Source: Propionibacteriaceae bacterium | GTDB lineage: Bacteria; Actinomycetota; Actinomycetes; Propionibacteriales; Propionibacteriaceae | Assembly: GCA_035280525.1 (NCBI GenBank) | Contig: DATEFP010000124.1 | Location: forward strand, 1-33,246 | DNA length: 33,246 nucleotides | Direction of reading: 5' to 3' | Part shown: positions 26,397 through 33,246 of the stretch, piece after piece | How the letters are laid out: the number at the start of each line of letters is the position of its first letter | Numbering within the stretch: position 1 is the stretch's first letter | Notes under the pieces: generated by a model | Database searches by the model: none | Seen by the model: the letters and a program-made list of their open reading frames with translations, nothing else | What the model was told of the DNA's origin: nothing | Made by a program: the position numbers and the translations under genes

Positions 26397-27245
26397 GTGA
26401 GCGAGCACGATGAGCGGTTCGCCGAGGCGGCTGAGCCGCCACCTGTCCAGGTCTTCTTCCTCTCCGACAGCACCGGAATTACTGCCGAGACGATGGGTAA
26501 CGCCCTGCTCATCCAGTTCCCGGACCTACGGTTCGAGCGTCGCCTGATACCGTTCATCTCCACCGTCGAAGAGGCCCGCCGGGTGGTAGCGATCTTGGAC
26601 CAGGCGGCTGCAGGGCCCGTGACTCCCTTGGCATTTTCAACAACTGCCGTTGAAGAAGTCCGGCAGGAGCTCTTGAGTACCAAATGCCCTCTGATCGACT
26701 TTTTCGAGCTGCACATGGAGCGAGTCGAGTCGATCTTGGGGGCCAAGGGGATCCGCGTAGCAGCGCGCTTGCACGGAATGGGAGACGTCAAGCGCTACAA
26801 CGCGCGTATGGCTGCCGTCGAGTACGCGATCGAACACGACGACGGGCAGAGCATGCGGGCGCTGGACAAGGCGGACGTGATCTTGGTGGCTCCATCACGT
26901 TGCGGCAAGACCCCAACAACGATGTACCTGGCCTTGCAGCATGGCATCTTCGTCGCTAACTATCCGCTGGTTGATGAGGACTTCGAAACTGCCGAGCTAC
27001 CCCGCCCAGTGCGTGGGCTTCGTGATCGGTGTTTCGGTATGACCACGACGCCGGCACGGTTGAGTCAGGTCCGGCATGAAAGAAGGCCCAACTCGCGTTA
27101 TGCCTCACTCGAGCAGTGCACGTACGAGCTGCGTCAGGCCGAGGCCATGTACCGCAACCATCGACTTCCCGTGATCAACTCCTCGACCAAGTCCGTCGAG
27201 GAGATGTCCACGGTGATCTTGCAGACGCTCAATCACAAACTCTGA
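26397..27245 (+). CDS. ppsR: Pyruvate,water/phosphate dikinase regulatory protein (kinase/pyrophosphorylase, DUF299)
   Basis: FFLSDSTGITAE, AIEHDDG, ADVILVAPSRCGKTPT, ANYPL, SVEE. Confidence 0.92.
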   Translation: MSEHDERFAEAAEPPPVQVFFLSDSTGITAETMGNALLIQFPDLRFERRLIPFISTVEEARRVVAILDQAAAGPVTPLAFSTTAVEEVRQELLSTKCPLIDFFELHMERVESILGAKGIRVAARLHGMGDVKRYNARMAAVEYAIEHDDGQSMRALDKADVILVAPSRCGKTPTTMYLALQHGIFVANYPLVDEDFETAELPRPVRGLRDRCFGMTTTPARLSQVRHERRPNSRYASLEQCTYELRQAEAMYRNHRLPVINSSTKSVEEMSTVILQTLNHKL

Positions 27246-27371
27246 GAGGGAGTAGGAAGCGTTACGGGAGGCAGGTGGATGACGTGAGCCTGGCACCGGT
27301 GGCAGATCGCCGCGCAAGCCGTCGAGGATGTCAAGGCTGCCTCAGGTGGGGCGTAGGCCACGAATGACCAG

Positions 27372-30134
27372 CTACGCGTCGGCGCCTTCCTGCGCCACTC
27401 CGGCGACCGCGGTCGGGTCGCCGAGCCGGTAGCGATCAAAGGCGTCGGCAGCCGCGCCGGGGTCACATTGCCCATCGCGGGCGAGATTCTGCAGCGTGGC
27501 GACCACAATCGACTCCGCATCGACCAGGAAGTAACGCCGTGCCGCCGCCCGGGTATCAGCGAACCCGAAGCCGTCGGTGCCCAGAGAACACCAACTGTGG
27601 CCCACCCAAGGAGCGATCTGATCTTGGACGGCACGCATGTAGTCGCTGACCGCGATCACCGGACCTGGTACGCCATCGAGGGCGCGCGTTACGTACGGCA
27701 CGCGACGCTCCTCGCGGGGATGGGTAAGGTTCCATTTCTCCACATCGACCGCATCACGGCGGAGCTCATTCCATGAGGTGACCGACCAGACGTCTGCCGC
27801 GACGCCCCACTCTTCGGCCAGGATCTTCTGCGCCCTGAGCGCTGCCGTCATCGCTATGCCGGAGACCAGAATCTGGGCGCGGGGACGGTCGCCTTCGAGC
27901 GGGGCTGGCGCGTAGTGGTACATCCCTCGCAACAGCGCCTCAACGTCAAGATTGTCTGGAGGTCCTGGCTGGTGAACCGGCTCGTTGTAGACGGTGATGT
28001 AGTAGATCAGATCCTCACCGTCGGGGTGATCTGGGTCGTCATGACCGTACATGCGCCGCAGGCCGTCCTTGACGATGTGCGCGATCTCGTAGCCGAAGGC
28101 AGGATCGTAGTGGACGACCGCGGGATTCGTGCTCGCAAGTAAAGGCGAGTGGCCGTCGGCGTGTTGCAAGCCCTCACCAGTGAGTGTGGTGCGGCCGGCG
28201 GTCGCGCCGATCAAGAAGCCCCGTGCCAACTGGTCTGCCGCTGCCCAGATCCAATCGCCGGTCCGCTGGAACCCAAACATCGAATAGAAGATGAAGAACG
28301 GAATCATCGGCTCGCCGTGCATGGCGTACGCCGATCCGGCGGCGATCACCGAGCCCATCGCGCCGATCTCCGATATGCCCTCATGCAGTAGCTGGCCCTT
28401 CTCGGATTCCTTGTACGACAACAAGAGCTTGCGGTCCACCGACTCGTACGTCTGGCCGTGCGGGTTGTAGATCTTGGCGGTCGGAAACATCGAGTCCATA
28501 CCGAAAGTGCGGAACTCATCCGGCGCGATGGGCACGATTCGATGCCCGATCTCCTTGTCTCGCATGAGATCACGGAGCAGCCGGACAAATGCCTGCGTGC
28601 TCGCCACCTTCGTCTTTTCGCCAGCCGATTCCATCAGCGGCGCGTAGACCTCGTCGCCGGGCAGCTTGATCACCGTGGGCCTCACCCGGCGCTCGGGGAG
28701 GTAGCCGTTCAATTCGCGGCGCCGTTGGTGCAGGTACTTGATCTCATCGGAGTCGTTGCCCGGGTGGTAGTACGGCGGGTTGTATGCGTCCTCGAGCGCG
28801 CTGTCGGGAATGTCTAGGTAGAGCCGGTCCCGGAAGGCTTTCAGGTCCTTGGTGGTCAGCTTCTTCATCTGGTGGGTGGCGTTCCTGCCTTCCAGGGCCC
28901 CAATAGTCCACCCCTTGACGGTTTGGGCCAAGATCACTGTGGGCTGGCCGACATGTTCGGTGGCTGCCTTGAACGCCGCGTACACCTTGCGGTAGTCGTG
29001 GCCGCCCCGGGAGAGCACCTTGAGCTGGTCGTCAGTCATCCCCGCGACCATCCTCTGGAGTCGAGGATCGGAGAAGAAGTTATTGCGGATGTAGGCGCCG
29101 TCTTCCACCAGGTAGGTCTGGAACTGCCCGTCTGGGGTGATGTTGAGCTTGTTCACCAGCGCGCCATCCGCGTCGGCCGCAAGCAGCGGATCCCAATCGC
29201 GGCCCCATAGCACCTTGATCACGTGCCAGCCGGCGCCGAGGAAGATCGACTCCAATTCCTGAATGATCTTGCCATTACCGCGTACCGGGCCGTCAAGCTG
29301 CTGCAGATTGCAGTTGATCACCCAGGTGAGGTTGTCCAGCTCCTCCCGGGCAGGCAGTCCAATGGCGCCCAGCGACTCCGGTTCGCCCATCTCGCCGTCG
29401 CCGAGGAAGCCCCAGATGCGCTGTTGGGAGGTGTCCTTGATGCCGCGGTTTTGCAGGTAGCGGTTAAACCGCGCCTGGTAGATCGAGTTGATCGCGCCAA
29501 TGCCCATAGAAACCGTGGGGAACTCCCAGAAGTGGGGCATCAGCCGCGGGTGTGGATAGGAGGAAAGGCCGTTGCCCGGACCGTGCGACACTTCCTGCCG
29601 GAATGCGTCCAGGTGCTCAGTGGTCAACCGTCCTTCCAGGTACGCCCGGGCGTAGATGCCGGGAGAGGCATGTCCCTGGATATAGACGTGGTCGCCGCCA
29701 CCCGGATGATCTTTGCCGCGGAAGAAGTGGTTGAAGCCCACCTCGTACAGACTGGCCGCGCTCTGGTAGGTCGCGATATGGCCGCCGACTTCAAGACCCT
29801 TGCGGTTGGCCTTGCTGACCATGATCGCCGCGTTCCATCGGATGAAGGCGCGGATGCGTCGCTCGGTGTGTTCGTCACCTGGGAACCACGGCTCGGACTC
29901 GGGAGGAATTGTGTTGATGTAGTCGCTGCTGCGTAGCGCCGGCAGGCCAACCTGCCGCGCTCGCGCCTGCTCCAGCAGCTTGAGCATGACGAATCGGGCG
30001 CGGTTCCGCCCTTTATCACGGAGCAGACCATCGAGGGACTCCAGCCAGTCGACAGTCTCATCGGGGTCGATGTCGGGAAGTTGGCTGGGCAAGCCTTCGG
30101 CGGTGATAGCCGGATGAGGTCCTGGCGTAGCCAT
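27372..30134 (-). CDS. aceE: Pyruvate dehydrogenase E1, homodimeric type
   Basis: [29 protein letters not shown], ThDP motif GDGE...NCNLQ, TFGM, HEGISE, EGLQH; AAGGAG RBS. Confidence 0.97.
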   Translation of the reverse strand: MATPGPHPAITAEGLPSQLPDIDPDETVDWLESLDGLLRDKGRNRARFVMLKLLEQARARQVGLPALRSSDYINTIPPESEPWFPGDEHTERRIRAFIRWNAAIMVSKANRKGLEVGGHIATYQSAASLYEVGFNHFFRGKDHPGGGDHVYIQGHASPGIYARAYLEGRLTTEHLDAFRQEVSHGPGNGLSSYPHPRLMPHFWEFPTVSMGIGAINSIYQARFNRYLQNRGIKDTSQQRIWGFLGDGEMGEPESLGAIGLPAREELDNLTWVINCNLQQLDGPVRGNGKIIQELESIFLGAGWHVIKVLWGRDWDPLLAADADGALVNKLNITPDGQFQTYLVEDGAYIRNNFFSDPRLQRMVAGMTDDQLKVLSRGGHDYRKVYAAFKAATEHVGQPTVILAQTVKGWTIGALEGRNATHQMKKLTTKDLKAFRDRLYLDIPDSALEDAYNPPYYHPGNDSDEIKYLHQRRRELNGYLPERRVRPTVIKLPGDEVYAPLMESAGEKTKVASTQAFVRLLRDLMRDKEIGHRIVPIAPDEFRTFGMDSMFPTAKIYNPHGQTYESVDRKLLLSYKESEKGQLLHEGISEIGAMGSVIAAGSAYAMHGEPMIPFFIFYSMFGFQRTGDWIWAAADQLARGFLIGATAGRTTLTGEGLQHADGHSPLLASTNPAVVHYDPAFGYEIAHIVKDGLRRMYGHDDPDHPDGEDLIYYITVYNEPVHQPGPPDNLDVEALLRGMYHYAPAPLEGDRPRAQILVSGIAMTAALRAQKILAEEWGVAADVWSVTSWNELRRDAVDVEKWNLTHPREERRVPYVTRALDGVPGPVIAVSDYMRAVQDQIAPWVGHSWCSLGTDGFGFADTRAAARRYFLVDAESIVVATLQNLARDGQCDPGAAADAFDRYRLGDPTAVAGVAQEGADA

Positions 30135-30467
30135 GCAAGCTCCTTAAAACTCATCCAACTCCGGTGGGGGCTGGAGGTGCAGGTCACGACGTTGCACATC
30201 CCATCCTGTCACTTCCCAATGATCACCGGCTCGCTGCGATCGGCCAGATGCCGTCCCATCGACGGCATGGGGTTACGCCGGGCAGCATGCCTCTGGCAGG
30301 CTTTGCCCAAGGGGTTCACCCGGACCGAATTCGTTGCTTCGGCGCAAGCCGGGGCTGGCCGGAAGGAGGCGGCACGCCCGGATGAGCGGGATATACTCTC
30401 GCCTTGATCGGACTGCTACCGCGCGCCTTGGCTGCCAGTCCTCCTCGTCACTGTCGTGGAGGTGTGG

Positions 30468-30893
30468 GTGACGGCCGCAGCTGGTGCCGGTGGATCCAAG
30501 AGTGTGAGTGACAAGCTGGGTCTGTTACCCGGCCTCGTGGTACAGGAGCTCGGCTGGGACGAGGACGTCGACGACGACGTACGCATCATGATCGAGGACG
30601 CGATCGACGGCGAGCTCATCGAAGAGGCGATGGAGGCTGTCGACCTGGTCCTGCTGTGGTGGCGAGACGAGGACGGGGATCTGGTCGACGGTCTGTTCGA
30701 TGCACTGACCGATCTCACCGATACCGGTTACATCTGGCTGATGACCCCGAAGGTCGGACGCAGTGGCTACGTCGACGCCGCCGACGTCGCCGAGTCTGCG
30801 CTGACGGCGGGTTTGGCCCTGACCAACAGCGTGCAGGTGTCGCCGGACTGGACGGCCACCAAGCTGGTACGGCCCAAGGGCGCGCGCCGGTGA
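30468..30893 (+). CDS. DUF3052 family protein
   Basis: VVQELGWDEDVD, LLWWRDEDGDLVD, IWLMTPKVGR; conserved divergent neighbour of aceE. Confidence 0.9.
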   Translation: MTAAAGAGGSKSVSDKLGLLPGLVVQELGWDEDVDDDVRIMIEDAIDGELIEEAMEAVDLVLLWWRDEDGDLVDGLFDALTDLTDTGYIWLMTPKVGRSGYVDAADVAESALTAGLALTNSVQVSPDWTATKLVRPKGARR

Positions 30894-31372
30894 GTCCGGC
30901 CCAAGCGGGCGCATCGGAGACGCTGGGGCTCGGCCAGCCGGCGCCGAGCTTCACGGCTCGAAATCAGCATGGCGAGCTGCTCACGGTGAGCAGCCTGCGG
31001 GGTGCGCCAGCGGTGATCATCTTCTACCCGTGGGCCTTCTCCAGCATCTGCCATGACGAGCTCGCCGCGGTTCGCGATGATCATGGCAGCTTTGTGGCCC
31101 TCGGGTCGCGGGTGCTCGCTGTCTCCTGTGATGCCATGTACACGTTGCGCGCCTACGCCGACGCGGAGGGTATCCCGTTCGACCTGCTCAGTGATCATTG
31201 GCCGCACGGGGCGATTGCCCATGCCTTTGGGGTGTTCGATGAGGAGGCTGGCTGCGCGCGGCGCGGCACGTTCGTGCTGGACTCCGCCGGCTTGATCAGG
31301 TGGCAGCAGGTCAACCAAATCAATGAGCCCCGTGAGCTGGCGGCGGTGCTCGCTGCCATCGCGAAATTATGA
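30890..31372 (+). CDS. ahpE: Peroxiredoxin, AhpE-like
   Basis: FYPWAFSSIC (peroxidatic Cys), LLSDHWPHG, RGTFVLD; GTGA overlap with the DUF3052 stop. Confidence 0.88.
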   Translation: MSPAQAGASETLGLGQPAPSFTARNQHGELLTVSSLRGAPAVIIFYPWAFSSICHDELAAVRDDHGSFVALGSRVLAVSCDAMYTLRAYADAEGIPFDLLSDHWPHGAIAHAFGVFDEEAGCARRGTFVLDSAGLIRWQQVNQINEPRELAAVLAAIAKL

Positions 31373-31379
31373 TGGCTGG

Positions 31380-31829
31380 GTGCCATTGACGGGGGAGTAT
31401 CAGCCGAGCCCGCAGAAGTGGGTACGGGACCAGGTCGCGCGTTACGAAGCCACCGACGGGCGTGAGGCCAACACGCTGGCAGGCACCCGTCGGCCCGTCG
31501 TCATCTTCACCACACGCGGCCGCAAGACTGGCAAGATCAGAAAGTTTGCTTTGATGCGCGTGGAGCATGACGGCAAATACGCCATGGTGGGCTCCGTTGG
31601 GGGAGCGGCGAAGCATCCGACGTGGTATCTCAATCTGAAGGCTGATCCGGATGCACTGATGGTGCAAGACGGTGCGGACCGCTTCGACGCCACCGCAAGA
31701 GAGCTGCATGGCGAAGAGCGGGAGGTCTGGTGGCAACGGGCCGTGGAGGCTTATCCGACTTACGCGAGATACCAGGAAAGGACCAAGCGTCAGATCCCGA
31801 TCCTGCTGGCCGAACGGCGCGAGTCATAA
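31380..31829 (+). CDS. Deazaflavin (F420)-dependent nitroreductase (DDN) family oxidoreductase
   Basis: TTRGRKTGKIRK, GS.GGAAKHPTWYLNL.ADP, YARYQ..TKRQIP. Confidence 0.92.
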   Translation: MPLTGEYQPSPQKWVRDQVARYEATDGREANTLAGTRRPVVIFTTRGRKTGKIRKFALMRVEHDGKYAMVGSVGGAAKHPTWYLNLKADPDALMVQDGADRFDATARELHGEEREVWWQRAVEAYPTYARYQERTKRQIPILLAERRES

Positions 31830-31842
31830 GTAGCGGGGCAGA

Positions 31843-32709
31843 ATGACGTCCATGATCCCTGTACAGCCATTCGGCCCCACTGGCCACGAGAGCACTCGTC
31901 TACTCTTCGGCGCCGCCGCCATCGGCAACGTGAGCCAGGAGGAGGCAGACCAGACCATCGAGCTGATCCGCGCTCACGGGATCAACCACATCGATACCGC
32001 CGCCAGTTACGGCGACGCGGAGCTTCGGCTCGGGCCCTGGATGGAGACTCACCGCGACGAGTTCTTCCTGGCGACCAAGACGGGTGAGCGAACCCGGGCG
32101 CTGGCCTTCGAGGAAATCGAGCGTTCGCTGGAGCGGCTGCGTACCGACCACATCGACCTGATCCAGCTGCACAACCTGGTCGATGAGGAGGATTGGGAGA
32201 CCGTGTTCGCGGGCGGAGGTGCAATCGAGGCCGTGGTCGAGGCACAAGCCGAGGGACTCGTACGCTACATCGGCGTCACCGGACACGGGGTGACCGTGGC
32301 CCGGCAACACCTGCGCTCTCTCGAGCAGTACCCGTTCGACTCGGTGCTGCTGCCCTACAACTACCCGATGTCACTGAACGCGGCCTACATGGCCGACTTC
32401 GAGGAACTCGCGTCTGTCTGCGCCCAGCGGGGTGTGGCCGTCCAGACGATCAAGGCCATTACCCGGGGCCCGTGGGGTGATCAGCATCCGACTGCCAATA
32501 CCTGGTATGAGCCGCTCACCGACCAGAAGGCAATCGACGTGGCTGTGAGCTGGGTGCTCGGCCGGGAAGGCTTCTTCCTCAACACCGTCGGCGACGTTCA
32601 CCTACTGCCAAAGGTGATCGATGCTGCGGAACGGTTTGCCGGACGGCCGGACGAGGAGCAAATGAAGGAGTTGCAAGCCGCCTTCGGACTCGAGCCGCTC
32701 TTCGTCTGA
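31843..32709 (+). CDS. Aldo/keto reductase (start may be ATG 31852)
   Basis: [41 protein letters not shown]. Confidence 0.92.
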   Translation: MTSMIPVQPFGPTGHESTRLLFGAAAIGNVSQEEADQTIELIRAHGINHIDTAASYGDAELRLGPWMETHRDEFFLATKTGERTRALAFEEIERSLERLRTDHIDLIQLHNLVDEEDWETVFAGGGAIEAVVEAQAEGLVRYIGVTGHGVTVARQHLRSLEQYPFDSVLLPYNYPMSLNAAYMADFEELASVCAQRGVAVQTIKAITRGPWGDQHPTANTWYEPLTDQKAIDVAVSWVLGREGFFLNTVGDVHLLPKVIDAAERFAGRPDEEQMKELQAAFGLEPLFV

Positions 32710-32879
32710 AACTCACTTGGCTAGGTGTTTGGGCCTACACCAATGCGATCTTGTCGTAGTCGAGCATGCGGTTCGACTGAGTCACAAGCGGTCCGCCTTA
32801 CGGCCGTGCCGGCATGGGCTTCTTCCTACAGGATGGCCTTGGCGATGCGCGTCTCGCGGCATGTCCGTGCGGGCGATGG

Positions 32880-33119
32880 TCAACGCCGCCCCAACGCCGA
32901 GTCGAGGTCTTTCCGAGGAACGTCCATCTCCAGCATGAGGGTTACAAATGCCTCGATCTCGGCCCACTCGACATCCACACTCCAGCCCGAACTGCCGCTC
33001 GCCTGCACCAGGTCCAGCGCATCCCGAAGCTCGACGGCTTCCTCACGAGAAATCGACACATGCGCAAACACCTCAGGGAGCCTTTGCCCCGGCGGAATCA
33101 CGATCCGCATATCGACCAT
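32880..33119 (-). CDS. Small acidic hypothetical protein (~79 aa)
   Basis: MVDMRIVIPPGQRLPEVFAHVSISREEAVELRDALD...; protein-like composition; GAGGTGTGGAG upstream of ATG 33119. Confidence 0.5.
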   Translation of the reverse strand: MVDMRIVIPPGQRLPEVFAHVSISREEAVELRDALDLVQASGSSGWSVDVEWAEIEAFVTLMLEMDVPRKDLDSALGRR

Positions 33120-33246
33120 CTCCACACCTCGGCGGGTTCCGTGCTCGCCCGCCCCTGCTCGCCCGCTCGTGGTTCGCTCACATCTGTCGCGCCGTGAGCC
33201 CACGTCCCACCGGACCGGCACATCCACCCGAAATTCTACGCTTCCC

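Overview
This is a high-GC actinobacterial chromosomal segment; gene content and synteny suggest Propionibacteriales, Microlunatus-like (inference). From left to right it holds: a truncated AAA-ATPase (probably LuxR-type) regulator, two membrane-protein genes, a tRNA with anticodon CAT (probably Ile2), an SMP-30/gluconolactonase, a membrane protein, and a GT87 glycosyltransferase coupled to a membrane protein with a degenerate Ser/Thr-kinase N-lobe. A divergent moxR-DUF58-VWA-VWA operon follows, then yggS, an ICMT/PEMT-family gene, an S9 peptidase and DUF3145. The right half carries the FAS-II cluster (fasR-fabD-fabH-acpP-fabF-accD), pirin-PHP-ppsR, aceE, DUF3052, AhpE, an F420-dependent DDN-family reductase, an aldo/keto reductase and a small hypothetical gene. 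No integrase, transposase or CRISPR array is visible. Main points of interest: (1) a dispersed family of ~50-120 nt nested-palindrome elements whose stems differ between copies while purine-rich internal loops are conserved; (2) a second 48-nt palindrome family; (3) FabD fused to a biotinyl/lipoyl-like domain with Arg at the attachment-Lys position, in the same cluster as accD; (4) a half-pseudokinase divergent from moxR with 11-bp-periodic repeats between them; (5) at least five apparently leaderless genes. All calls were made by eye from motifs; no database searches were run.
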